A model generated the notes under the pieces. That model was not told the origin of the DNA, searched no databases, and saw only the letters and a list, made by a program, of their open reading frames with translations. A stretch of 64,000 nt of DNA from Bdellovibrionales bacterium. GTDB lineage: Bacteria; Bdellovibrionota; Bdellovibrionia; Bdellovibrionales; UBA1609. The translations under genes and the position numbers were made by a program. Shown here piece after piece: positions 48,067 through 59,633 of this stretch (its first letter is position 1; the number at the start of each line of letters is the position of its first letter). The DNA is taken from the NCBI GenBank assembly GCA_027317865.1, contig DAHVQG010000011.1:1-64000 (forward strand), written 5' to 3'.

Positions 48067-49011
48067 TCACTCAAGCTCTAATAGACACGCGTTTGTTTCA
48101 ACCGTATCTTTCGCCGAGTGATGCGAATAATAAACATTAAACCCGCAGGCAAGTTTTTCGCGAACGGCACCTCGTAAAACATAACCGCGAACATCGAAAA
48201 TCTCACGCTCTGACGCCGAATCAAAATAGACGACATCAAATGCGCGCGGCTGAAACACTTCCACAACAGCACCAACGGTTTTTTCAATATCTCGCCGCGA
48301 ATTCAAATTGGTTTCAAAACTTACATACGGGCTTTCATCTTGAGGTGTAACATGAATCGTATAATAGCGATCTCGATTCAAAGCATTGAGCGAATAACCG
48401 ATCGGCGAAAAAGCATGGTCATCAATTTCAAAACCCGAAAAAATCCGATCGACACCGGTTTGAGCCCGAATCCATTTTGTATCCCGGTTTTGCGAATTAA
48501 AAACTTCTCGGGCGTGCCCTTGCAATCCGTACATTAAAATTTCAAGGGTCGTGTCCGATTTTCGCGGTTGAAATTCGCGGTCAGAATGAAATAAAAACAG
48601 GTGATGATCGTCCGCATGCCCCAATCTATAGGCGCGTCCGCCGACCATTGTATTTAATTTCTTTGCGTCACTGAAAAAATCGGTTTTTTGAAAATGCGGA
48701 AAATATTCGTTTTTGCGTTCGTAAAATACAGCCGCAATTTCGTCGTTACGTAAATATTCACATGCCTTTACAGCTGAATCGACAAGCGTAGTTGTACCAC
48801 AAGTGATCATTGTTAAACGGTCATTCCAAACAAAAAGAGAGGATTCGGATAAAAGATACGCGCGCGCCGAGTTTGAAATTTCAATCTTCGATAAAATCCG
48901 TGTGCCCGCCGTTTCGATTAAATTGAGCCATCTCGATTCAGGCCAATCGAGGAGATTGACGGAACGATTCACAACAATTTCGAGTTTCTTTTCACTGCCC
49001 TCGAAAATCAT
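48067..49011 (-). CDS. S-adenosylmethionine decarboxylase proenzyme, eukaryote-type (class 2)
   Basis: FEGSEKKLE, YLLSESSLFV (cleavage site), TCGTT, GYSLN, YTIHVTP, VSFETN. Confidence 0.88.
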   Translation of the reverse strand: MIFEGSEKKLEIVVNRSVNLLDWPESRWLNLIETAGTRILSKIEISNSARAYLLSESSLFVWNDRLTMITCGTTTLVDSAVKACEYLRNDEIAAVFYERKNEYFPHFQKTDFFSDAKKLNTMVGGRAYRLGHADDHHLFLFHSDREFQPRKSDTTLEILMYGLQGHAREVFNSQNRDTKWIRAQTGVDRIFSGFEIDDHAFSPIGYSLNALNRDRYYTIHVTPQDESPYVSFETNLNSRRDIEKTVGAVVEVFQPRAFDVVYFDSASEREIFDVRGYVLRGAVREKLACGFNVYYSHHSAKDTVETNACLLELE

Positions 49012-50231
49012 TGCAACACTTCGCCCATGCGACCCAGATCATTGGTGATATTTTTTTGATGCGCTTCGAGGGTTCCGCCACCGATTTCTAATAGTTTTGA
49101 ATCGCGCCACAATCGTTCAACGACGTATTCGCCGACGTACCCGTAACCGCCAAGAACTTGTATCGCGCGATCGGCAATATTCTTCGCCGTTGTCGACGCC
49201 ACAATTTTTACGCCATCAGTGTCAAGGCGTTGGCCGGCGTGGTCGAGCCGCATTAATCGTGCGGTATTGTAAACGTAGCTTCGGGCGGCCATGTACTCGG
49301 CATAACTTTCACCGATGTATTTTTGAATTTGACCAAAATCAGCTAACGGATGCCCGAATGCCTCGCGTTCACGCGCGTATTTGTTCATGATTTGAAGTGC
49401 GCGTTTGGCAATCCCCAAGCTCATCGCCGCCAGTGTCACTCGCTCGATTTCAAGATTCTTCATCATATGCAGGAGCGACTCCCCTTCATTGCCGACAAGC
49501 GCGTTCGCTGGCACGTGGCAATCGGCAAAAACGAGTTCTGCCGTATTTGATCCACGCATGCCATTTTTGTCTTTAATCTTCTGCCCAACCGAATAACCTG
49601 AGTGAGTTCGCTCAACTAGAAATGTCGAAATCGTCGGACGCCCGTTTTTTTCACCCGTTCGCGCGTACAATAAGCAACAATCCGCAGGAGTGCGCTTGTC
49701 GTCAATTGCACCATTTGTGATCCACATTTTTCGGCCGTTAATAATGTAGCCGCCATCCGGTTGCCGAACGGCAGTGGTCTTCATTCCAAGAACGTCTGTG
49801 CCAACGTGCGGCTCGGACATCGCCATGCAGCCCACCCATTCGCCGGAACAAAGTTTGGGCAAAATTCGCAACTTCATTTCTTCGCTGGCGTTTTGAGCCA
49901 CATTATTTGCACACAGCATGGAATGAGCTAAATACGCGAGGCAAAAACCCGGGTCCGACCACGATATTTCTTCATGCGCGATCACCGCAGCCACAGGATC
50001 TAAACCGGCGCCCCCATACTGTTCGGCAACTGTTATACCAAGAAGCCCTAAACCGCCCAATTTTCGAAACAATGACAAATTAAACACTTCTTGGCGGTCA
50101 TGCTCTAGAGCCTGCGGTTCAACCTCGGCCTTTACAAATTCTCGTACTGTAGAGCGAAGCATTTTGTGCTCTTCGCTAGGGTTGAACAAATCAAATTGTT
50201 GCCACAGTTCCGCCGACATATTGACCGCCAT
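49008..50231 (-). CDS. Acyl-CoA dehydrogenase (isovaleryl-CoA dehydrogenase-like)
   Basis: MAMSEPHVGTD, NGRKMWITNG, GMRGSNTAELVF, QVLGGYGY, LLEIGGGT; RBS GGGGAG before 50231. Confidence 0.9.
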   Translation of the reverse strand: MAVNMSAELWQQFDLFNPSEEHKMLRSTVREFVKAEVEPQALEHDRQEVFNLSLFRKLGGLGLLGITVAEQYGGAGLDPVAAVIAHEEISWSDPGFCLAYLAHSMLCANNVAQNASEEMKLRILPKLCSGEWVGCMAMSEPHVGTDVLGMKTTAVRQPDGGYIINGRKMWITNGAIDDKRTPADCCLLYARTGEKNGRPTISTFLVERTHSGYSVGQKIKDKNGMRGSNTAELVFADCHVPANALVGNEGESLLHMMKNLEIERVTLAAMSLGIAKRALQIMNKYAREREAFGHPLADFGQIQKYIGESYAEYMAARSYVYNTARLMRLDHAGQRLDTDGVKIVASTTAKNIADRAIQVLGGYGYVGEYVVERLWRDSKLLEIGGGTLEAHQKNITNDLGRMGEVLQ

Positions 50232-50347
50232 CGCTGTAAAAACTCCCCTATCTTTTTGCCGCGTTTTACATGGTTTTTTAAGCTGTCTCGACAATACCGC
50301 TGGTTTGAGCTTAAGATCAACCCTCATCAAACTTTGGGACTTAAAAA

Positions 50348-51526
50348 ATGCAATTGAATCGCCCTGCGTATCTTGATTACAACGCCACGACTCCGCTTGA
50401 CCCAGCCGTCGTCGAAGCAATGATGCCTTTTTTTCGTGAATCTTTTGGCAACCCCTCTTCGGGGACGCACAGTTACGGCTGGGATGCCAAAATAGCTGTT
50501 GAAAATGCGCGTACCGCCGCCGCCCGCATGATCGGCGCAATTGATGTCCATTCCATTATTTGGACGAGCGGCGCAACTGAAAGTAATAACCTCGCGATTC
50601 AAGGAATTCTAAATCCCTTTATTGCAAAAAACGAACGCGCCCACTTCATCACCACGCAAACGGAACACAAGGCGGTTCTCGATGTGGCTAGATATCTTGA
50701 ACGCCATCACGAAAAAGACGGTCTCGAGGTCACGTACATCAAACCCGATTCTTACGGCCAAGTCTCGGTCGAATCTGTTTGCTCCGCTATTCGGCCCCAC
50801 ACCCGGCTCATTTCGATCATTCACGCCAACAACGAAATCGGCACAGTGAATCCGGTTGCGGCCATCGCAGCCGAGGCGCGAAAAAGAAATATTATGTTAC
50901 ACGTAGACGCCGCTCAGTCAGCTGGTAAGATACCTCTCAATGTCGAAAAATATGGTATCGATTTATTGTCCGTTTCAGGACATAAAATCTACGGCCCGAA
51001 AGGCGTCGGTTTTCTTTATGCGCATCCTTCAGTATTAAAATCGGGTCGCCTCTCACCACTATTTTTTGGCGGCTCGCAAGAACGCGGTTTACGTCCGGGC
51101 ACGCTCAATGTCGCTGGTATCGTGGGCCTTGGCCGCGCCTGCGAACTTTGCTATTCAACGATGCCCAGTGAATCCGCTCGCCTGTGTCAAATGAGGGACA
51201 AATTCATCGCTGAAGTTTTGCAAAGTGTACCCTCAGTTCAGCTCAATGGGCACCCGACCGAACGGGTGTATTCAAATATTAGTTTGTCGTTTAAGGGCCT
51301 TTCGTCAGATGTATTCGCTTCTTTGGGAGTGTCGCAGATTGCGGTAAGCTCCGGCTCGGCCTGTTCAACCGGCGAACCATCGCACGTTTTGGCCGCGATA
51401 GGGCTACCCGAAGACCTCGCTCGCGCGACTTTACGCATCGGAATTGGCCGCTTTACCACTCCCCAAGATCTCGACGTGGCACTCGCTCAGATTCAAGTAT
51501 TGGCCAGGCATCTTGAAAACGTTTAA
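50348..51526 (+). CDS. iscS: Cysteine desulfurase
   Basis: YLDYNATTP, TSGATESNN, SGHKIYGPKG, SSGSAC. Confidence 0.92.
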   Translation: MQLNRPAYLDYNATTPLDPAVVEAMMPFFRESFGNPSSGTHSYGWDAKIAVENARTAAARMIGAIDVHSIIWTSGATESNNLAIQGILNPFIAKNERAHFITTQTEHKAVLDVARYLERHHEKDGLEVTYIKPDSYGQVSVESVCSAIRPHTRLISIIHANNEIGTVNPVAAIAAEARKRNIMLHVDAAQSAGKIPLNVEKYGIDLLSVSGHKIYGPKGVGFLYAHPSVLKSGRLSPLFFGGSQERGLRPGTLNVAGIVGLGRACELCYSTMPSESARLCQMRDKFIAEVLQSVPSVQLNGHPTERVYSNISLSFKGLSSDVFASLGVSQIAVSSGSACSTGEPSHVLAAIGLPEDLARATLRIGIGRFTTPQDLDVALAQIQVLARHLENV

Positions 51527-51592
51527 TTTTACTAATTTTTCAAATCTACACAGGGACTTTTGCTGTTGCCAACCTTGTGTTATTATACGTCT

Positions 51593-51919
51593 ATGATTCA
51601 AGTTACGGAATCCGCAGCTAAAAAAATTGCAACGTTGCGAAGCGAAGACAACGCCGCTCCTGGAGCCATGCTGCGCGTTCGCGTGAAACGCGGCGGATGT
51701 TCGGGGTTCTCGTACAAAATGGAATTTGACGGTAACACTTCTGAACACGATCAAGTTTTTGAGTCAAACGGCGCCAAGATTGTCGTCGACGATCAAAGCC
51801 TTCTTTATCTCATCGGCATGACCCTTGACTACGAAGGCGGCCTCAACGGTAAAGGTTTTATTTTTCAAAATCCCAACGCAACCAAATCATGTGGTTGCGG
51901 TTCAAGTTTCGCCGTTTAA
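51593..51919 (+). CDS. iscA: A-type Fe-S carrier (IscA/HesB)
   Basis: GGCSGFSY, NPNATKSCGCGSSF. Confidence 0.92.
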   Translation: MIQVTESAAKKIATLRSEDNAAPGAMLRVRVKRGGCSGFSYKMEFDGNTSEHDQVFESNGAKIVVDDQSLLYLIGMTLDYEGGLNGKGFIFQNPNATKSCGCGSSFAV

Positions 51920-51920
51920 G

Positions 51921-51946
51921 CTGTTCTATTTATTTTCATAGAACAG
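51921..51946. terminator. Hairpin after iscA
   Basis: CTGTTCTAT-N8-ATAGAACAG. Confidence 0.45.
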
Positions 51947-52016
51947 AAAATGCTTTGAAAGCTCCTATTTTTCTCAAAATGAAACAAAGAATCTCAGTTT
52001 GATTCACGACCTTAGT

Positions 52017-52043
52017 TAAGCGTTTTTAAACTTAAGTCGATAA
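52017..52043 (+). promoter_or_regulatory. Putative sigma28 (FliA) promoter
   Basis: TAAG-N15-GTCGATAA versus consensus TAAA-N15-GCCGATAA. Confidence 0.5.
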
Positions 52044-52044
52044 G

Positions 52045-53343
52045 ATGTTCATGAACTTAGCACGTTTTCGGTCAATTGAGTTCGCCGGTGCTGTCGCGAT
52101 GATGGCGCTGTCTATTCTTCTTTCAGGCTGTGGCAAGGTTTGGGTTCAACTTAAGATGCGCTCGTCGGGCTCGTGCCTAACAGCGACCATGTATAATGCT
52201 ATTGGTAGTGGTACATCGAGCGACCCTTATCAAATCTGTACGGCGGCCCAAATTCAAAACCTCGCGAGTTCATCGTCGGGCTGGAGTGCCGATTTTCAAC
52301 TTGAAAACAACATCGACATGACCGGGGTTACAATCAGCCACCCCATCGGCAACAGCACAACCAATTTCACTGGAATTTTTAACGGCAATAATTACGCCAT
52401 TTCGAACTTCACTTTGAATGACGCCACCAATGCCAACGTTGGCCTGTTTGGCGTCGTCTCCGGAAACGGCACAAGTTCGGGAATAATCGAAAATCTTACG
52501 TTAACTAATGCCAATGTGACGGCTGGTACAGGTGGTGAAGTGGGCACTTTATTAGGGATGTTAGACTCGGGGCTTGTCAGCAACTGTTCAGCCGCTGGCA
52601 CTGTGACCCCTTACGAATATGGTGGTGGGCTTATCGGCGCTGCTGGCGCCACATCGGCATCGGTTTGGACAATTACCCATTCGAACGCCAACGTCACTAT
52701 CGTCGGCAACGGATTTTGCCAAGAAGTGGGTGGGTTCATCGGTTTGGCCACAGGCGCCTCAACGTCAACTATTACCGATTGTTTTGCATTGGGTAATATA
52801 TCCAACACCTTTGGATTAACCGGTGGTTTAGCAGGCTCTGTTGGTGGAGCTTCGGTAGTTAACTCGTTTGCTCGCGGTACAATCACTCTAGGCGGCACAG
52901 GAGATGACGGCGGTTTAATCGGACAGCTCGCGGGCTCAATTGTTGAAAACTGTTACGCAACTGGCGGAGTGGCTGCCTCGAACGGTTATATTGGCGGCCT
53001 CATCGGTCTACTTGGAAATGCGGGCATGACGACACAAACGATCATTAGTTCGTACGCAACAGGAGCGGTCTCCGGCGGTTCAAATCTCGGTGGGCTCATT
53101 GGTTACGATTCCGGAGGCACAACTTATACGGGTAATTCGTACTGGAACAATACGGTGAACCCGTCTCTCACTGGCATTGGCAGCGGAAGTTCTTCGAACG
53201 TTGTGGGGGCATCAACTTCGGCCATGCAAACGCAAACAACGTACTCGGGCTGGAATTTTACTTCGGGTACAGGTATCTGGATGATGCCGACCGGTGGGGT
53301 AAACCAAAGTTACCCCGTACTACAATGGGCCGGGAATCAATAA
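52045..53343 (+). CDS. GLUG-motif beta-helix surface lipoprotein
   Basis: Lipobox LLSGC; GSGTSSDPYQI, FTGIFNGN, VGLFG, repeated GGLIG..NSYATG. True start may be downstream. Confidence 0.82.
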   Translation: MFMNLARFRSIEFAGAVAMMALSILLSGCGKVWVQLKMRSSGSCLTATMYNAIGSGTSSDPYQICTAAQIQNLASSSSGWSADFQLENNIDMTGVTISHPIGNSTTNFTGIFNGNNYAISNFTLNDATNANVGLFGVVSGNGTSSGIIENLTLTNANVTAGTGGEVGTLLGMLDSGLVSNCSAAGTVTPYEYGGGLIGAAGATSASVWTITHSNANVTIVGNGFCQEVGGFIGLATGASTSTITDCFALGNISNTFGLTGGLAGSVGGASVVNSFARGTITLGGTGDDGGLIGQLAGSIVENCYATGGVAASNGYIGGLIGLLGNAGMTTQTIISSYATGAVSGGSNLGGLIGYDSGGTTYTGNSYWNNTVNPSLTGIGSGSSSNVVGASTSAMQTQTTYSGWNFTSGTGIWMMPTGGVNQSYPVLQWAGNQ

Positions 53344-53381
53344 AAACCGTTCAAACTACGTGTGATATTAAGGCGTACTTA

Positions 53382-55679
53382 TCATTGCAAACCAAGGTCA
53401 GATAAAAACGCATCCTTATTCGGCTGCCGTCCAAGAAAAGTGGAAATCAAGTTGAGCGGGTTCATCATGTTTCCTTGTTCGAGAATGGCCGTGCGAAAAT
53501 CTCCCCCAACTTGAGCATTAAGTAGTCCGCCTTTTTGAAACCTGCTGAACATGTCGGCGGCATAAATTTCTGACCACAAACGACTGTAGCAGATACCGTC
53601 ACGTCCGGCCATGATTGGCTTAAAGCTCGCGAGAAAATGAGCGCCTTTGGCCGGTGAAAATCCCAAGATTTTTTTGTAAATTTGCGCATAGACCTGATCG
53701 GGATCCACCGCGCCCATCGAAGAATATAAAGACACGTCCGTATAGGCACGCACAATCCGCCGCATGTAGAAATAGCCAATCGGCAACCCATCGCGTTCAA
53801 ATTTTTGCACAGCTAAAAGTTTTGCGATGAGATCGTCGGGCAAAGGTTTCGCCGGGTTTTTATAAAATCCAGAAATTTTGCGAAGAATCATGCGGCTAGC
53901 CAACCAATGTTCAAGCATTTGCGACGGAGTATCGGCAAAATCAGGCACAACACGACTCCCCGACAAATATCCATACGGTGCGTGTGTTAATGTCTGTTGC
54001 ATTAATCGGCCGAAACTCCGCAATAATTTCCTCACATCTGAAAAACTGAGCAACGTTGGAGCCATTTGATTCGTGCCATTAAAATTCGCAATCAGCGCCG
54101 AGACAGGTAACCGGTACCCCCCCCGTTCTTCTCGTCCATCGATAAGCGCAAACGCCGCCGCATGTCCGGGTGCAAACGTTTGCGAGGTCAAATCAACATA
54201 AAAATATCCAATAACGGAATTTTCGCCGGGATCAACAATCGCATACAGCTTGACTCCGTCCGACCAAACCACTGCGCCATCGACCCTTTCAAAACGAACT
54301 CCAAAAACAGTTGAAAGCAACGAAAGTATTTTCGACGTGACCGTATCAGCCGGAAAATATTGCCGCACTTCATTCGAGCTCAAACCAAAATCGCTGATTT
54401 CCAATTGTTTCGTTAAATATCTTATGTCCCACGCGTGCAGCACCACTGTGGGTTGTTTTGTAGCGGGTTGCTTTGTCGCGGGTTGCTTGGCTGCGGGGCT
54501 GGTATTCGACTGTTTACTTTTCAACGGTTTGTCCGACGCTTGTTTGTTCGATGCTTGCTGGTTTGACGCTTGATCCTCCGGCTTGGTGTTCACAAGTAAG
54601 TTTTGTTTTAACTGTAATAACTGCGCCTGTTCTTTGGCGTACAATGGCGAAAAATCAGCTCTGAGTTCGTTCAGCGTCGCCATCACGTTTTTCGAATCTC
54701 TTGCCATATTTTCTTGGACACGATATTCGGCCCAATTTTTAAACCCGAGTAGCCGCGCAATTCTTTCGCGTACGCGAATAGCTTGTGCCAAAATTTGAAT
54801 GTTCTCCGAAGCACGATTTTCGTACGCGGGCATCATCGCACGGCGAGTTTGGGCTGATTGCGCGTCCGTTAATACTTGAATAAAATCCGATCGGGTTACC
54901 GGCACCGCATAAGTTGGTGTTGGCGTGGATGTAGTGTTTGACGCGGCAGTGGGTGCGACTGTGGCAGTAGTTGCGGTTACAGTAGTAGAAGGGCTCGCGG
55001 GTTTCGACGAAGTCGCGGGTGTCGCTTGCGTTTTAGATTTCACTGCGGCAAGAAAATCGCTGCTCATCCCCGCAAGCTCGTCGCCCGTGAACGTAAGTGT
55101 TGATTTGTTGCTCTTGAGATTTTGTTTATAGGTTTTTACGAGGTTGTTGAGTTTGAGTTCAAGTATGCGCAATTTTTTAAGCTTAAAGGCGCTCAAGGTT
55201 GCACCATGCCGTTCAAAATTACGACTCAAAATCACCACTAAACGTTCTTGGTCCATGTCCTCAACATTTGTCGTGCTCACAAGATGGTAAAGGCGCCGAT
55301 TTGTAAACGCTTGTGCGATTGCACGACGTACCTTCGCCTTGCAGGCGATCGCTTCAGTCCGCGTTTCGTCATCCGGCGAAACGTAGCGCATAAATATCAG
55401 GGGCTGAGTGGCGTCCATTAAATCTGTCCAGGCGCGATCAAAATCATATGCGCTTTGAATTTTTAATTTTTGATTACGGTCAAACCGGCCGACGGCTTGG
55501 TTACAATCCATCCGCAATTCACCGGAATTAAACGCCGTTTGAATAATACTTTTCTGAAATTGTGGTTCTACGTTTGCACCGCTCACTGGCGCAGCTGAGC
55601 AGCCCACAAGCAAACTCACCGCCCATCCGCAAAAAGCTAAGATTTCAGCCGTTCCCCTTGCCACTCTTACCTTTGCCAT
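53382..55679 (-). CDS. M3 (thimet oligopeptidase-like) lipoprotein lacking catalytic residues
   Basis: Lipobox LVGC; AWDIRY, VRQYFP, PSQMLEHW, WSEIYAADMF, FLGRQPN. The HEXXH position reads RSFGR. Confidence 0.85.
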   Translation of the reverse strand: MAKVRVARGTAEILAFCGWAVSLLVGCSAAPVSGANVEPQFQKSIIQTAFNSGELRMDCNQAVGRFDRNQKLKIQSAYDFDRAWTDLMDATQPLIFMRYVSPDDETRTEAIACKAKVRRAIAQAFTNRRLYHLVSTTNVEDMDQERLVVILSRNFERHGATLSAFKLKKLRILELKLNNLVKTYKQNLKSNKSTLTFTGDELAGMSSDFLAAVKSKTQATPATSSKPASPSTTVTATTATVAPTAASNTTSTPTPTYAVPVTRSDFIQVLTDAQSAQTRRAMMPAYENRASENIQILAQAIRVRERIARLLGFKNWAEYRVQENMARDSKNVMATLNELRADFSPLYAKEQAQLLQLKQNLLVNTKPEDQASNQQASNKQASDKPLKSKQSNTSPAAKQPATKQPATKQPTVVLHAWDIRYLTKQLEISDFGLSSNEVRQYFPADTVTSKILSLLSTVFGVRFERVDGAVVWSDGVKLYAIVDPGENSVIGYFYVDLTSQTFAPGHAAAFALIDGREERGGYRLPVSALIANFNGTNQMAPTLLSFSDVRKLLRSFGRLMQQTLTHAPYGYLSGSRVVPDFADTPSQMLEHWLASRMILRKISGFYKNPAKPLPDDLIAKLLAVQKFERDGLPIGYFYMRRIVRAYTDVSLYSSMGAVDPDQVYAQIYKKILGFSPAKGAHFLASFKPIMAGRDGICYSRLWSEIYAADMFSRFQKGGLLNAQVGGDFRTAILEQGNMMNPLNLISTFLGRQPNKDAFLSDLGLQ

Positions 55680-56201
55680 TTGACCCCTTCGCTTGCGGCC
55701 GATAACGAAAGGCGCGTCGCGATTCCGAGGGAGCTTTTACTTTCGATTGCGCCTGTGGTTTTGCCGAGCCGGTTTCAAAAGTTCGCGATTTCACCGCCGC
55801 AGGGCTAGTTAACATTTGTTTAATATCGGCATCTTGCTCAATTAAGATGCCGCTCACCGCATTAGAAGCTTCGATTTTTTGATTTCCTAAAAGCCGCCGT
55901 GGCGCTTGCTTTTGTTTTTCAACCTGTTCGCTTAGATCAATCGTTACATCGCCAAAACAGACAAGTTGGCACGCCAGCCGCCGCTGATCGATAAAATACC
56001 CGCTCCCAATAAGATTGAGTTCCTTCACACTTGGCGGCAAAACATTGTATTCACCGTCAACAACTCGCACACGGCATTCGGCACACGATGGCAAACCGTT
56101 GCAAGTGGATTTAATGGGAACACCTTTTTCGTGCGCCAAATCGAGAACCGTTTGCCCGGGGCGAATCTCGAATTCCTGGTTCTGCGGCACAAATTTAACT
56201 T

Positions 56202-56205
<4 letters not shown>
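55645..56205 (-). CDS. 2Fe-2S ferredoxin-domain protein with basic tail
   Basis: [12 protein letters not shown]...RRLACQ. Confidence 0.85.
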
Positions 56206-57436
<1,231 letters not shown>

Positions 57437-57440
<4 letters not shown>

Positions 57441-59017
57441 CGTGCGTGCTCCACCATCCGCGTTTCGCGAATGACCGAGACCTTAATTTGCCCTGGGTAA
57501 CTGAGCTCGCGCTCAATTTTTCGAGCAATATCTTTACTCAGCATACTGGCTTGATCGTCTGTTATTTTCGAGCTTTCAACGAGTACGCGCACTTCTTTGC
57601 CGGATTGCAATGCATATGTGCGCACAACGCCATCGAACGAATTGGCGACTGATTCAAGATCTTCGAGACGCCGCACAAAATTTTGAATCATTTGACGGTT
57701 TGCTCCTGGCCGAGCTTCTGAAAACCCGTTCGCCGCAAAAACAACGTGGCCGAGCAAACTGCGCTCTTCTTCACGCATCCCTTGCGAACGAATCGCGTTG
57801 ACGATCACCTCTTTTTCACCGTAACGGCGGGCATAATCGGCACCCACCTGCCAAACGCCGCCTTCGACCGTGTGATCAATGGCTTGACCGATGTCGTGTA
57901 AAAGCCCGGCCCGTCGGGCGGCCGCAACGTCTTCGCCAAGTTCTGCCGCCATAACTCCCGCCAAAAAGGCCACTTCACGTGAATGGTCGTACAAGTTTTG
58001 CGCACCCACCATCCGATATTTCATACTGCCGACAAGACTCAAAAGGCTTGCGTGCATACCCGAAAGCCCGAGATCAAAAGCCGCCTTTTCGCCGTCTTGT
58101 TTAACTGTTTCAAGTAAATCAGCTTTAACTTTTTCGACAACTTCTTCGATGCGCGCCGGGTGGACGCGGCCGTCTTCCATCAGCTTCTCAATCGAAAGCT
58201 TGGCGATTTCGCGCCGAACAGGATCAAAACTCGAAATCACGACCGCTTCGGGCGTTTCGTCGACAATCAAATCGACGCCACAAGCCGCTTCAAGCGCGCG
58301 AATGTTCCGCCCTTCGCGTCCAATAATTTTACCTTTCATCTCTTCGCCTTTTAGCGGAATGATCGTAACTGATCGCTCCGTCGAAACTTCATTCGCATAT
58401 CGCGACAACGCGACGGCAAGAATGCGCTTGGCTTTTCTATCCGCCTCTCGTTTGGCCTCATCTTCAATTTTAGTTAATTGCGGAGCTAAATCGTGGCGAA
58501 CTTCTTCTTCAAGCTCATGACGGAGCTGTTCGCGAGCTTGATCGCCGGTCAGATTCGCGACTTGCTCTAGTTTTATACGTAATTCTTGAATCTGCGCATT
58601 TGACGCCTTTTCTAAATCAATAAGTTGGTTTTCGCTCGCCTTCAGCTTTACTTCCCGGTCTTCGAGTTGTTTCAAACGACTCTGCAGATTTTTGTCTTTT
58701 TTCTTAAATTCAGAATCGAGGTTGGCCTCTTTTTGTTTCAATGAATTTTCGAGACTCTGGACGCGCTGCTTTTCTTTGCGGATTTCATTTTCGGCATTGC
58801 GCTTGGCCCGGTTTTCAAAATCGGTCGCTTTTTGGCTGGCGTCTTTTTCGATTTTTTGCGCTTGTGAACGGGCTCGCGACAGAATTCTTTCGGCTTCTTT
58901 GCTCGCATCATTCTTAAGTCTGTTTTCTTGAAACTGTCGGTAAAAATACAGGGCGACAAAACCGGCGAAAAACCCGGCCGCCAAACTGACGATTGCTACT
59001 ATTAACGATTTATCCAT
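57437..59017 (-). CDS. rny: Ribonuclease Y
   Basis: TM anchor, coiled coil, KH domain ([13 protein letters not shown]), HD domain (LLHDIG), [12 protein letters not shown]. Confidence 0.93.
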
Positions 59018-59600
59018 TTTCACTCCTCGCTCGTAGCAACACGTATTCATCTGTCGCAACGAGATCCATATTCACGTCGTGAGCATCACGCGGCAAATCG
59101 TCGTTTGCGATTTGCGCTACAGATGCCACGCCCACTTTGACTCCGTTATAATTTTCAAGAGCTCGATCGTAAAAACCACGGCCGCGGCCCAATCGGCGCA
59201 TTTTCCGGTCGAAAGCCACTCCAGGCACAAGAACAACATCCAACGACTTCATTTCAACTCGATCGGACTGTAACGGATTCGGCTCTTCGATATCCCATTG
59301 ACCGCGAGCAAAACTTTCGAAACTGTGTGGATGATAAAATACGATTTCGCCTTGCCCGTCATTTTTCTGTATACGCGGGAACGCCCAAAACCATCGATTA
59401 TCTTCGATAAGCGGGTCAATATTGATCTCGTCGCTTTTGCCGCGAAAAGCACCGACGCGGGCACCCTCAGGAATTACTGATTTTAAATTTTCGACAACAC
59501 GGGTTGCGGCTACGGCGCCCGACTCTTTCAAATACGAAAGATTGGCCTTTTTGAATGCCGTCCGAAGATCACTTTTTTTAACGTCGTTCAATGCACTCAC
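59010..59600 (-). CDS. 5-formyltetrahydrofolate cyclo-ligase
   Basis: LVPGVAFD..RLGRGRGFYDR, HDVNMD. Confidence 0.92.
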   Translation of the reverse strand: MSALNDVKKSDLRTAFKKANLSYLKESGAVAATRVVENLKSVIPEGARVGAFRGKSDEINIDPLIEDNRWFWAFPRIQKNDGQGEIVFYHPHSFESFARGQWDIEEPNPLQSDRVEMKSLDVVLVPGVAFDRKMRRLGRGRGFYDRALENYNGVKVGVASVAQIANDDLPRDAHDVNMDLVATDEYVLLRARSENG

Positions 59601-59633
59601 GAGAAAACCTCACGTGAGGCAGCATCTAGAAGT

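Noticed and set aside
50232..50540. N-terminal extension of the acyl-CoA dehydrogenase overlapping iscS
   Set aside because: ORF-caller over-extension; a good RBS precedes ATG 50231. The same applies to the prfC, scpB and rny extensions.
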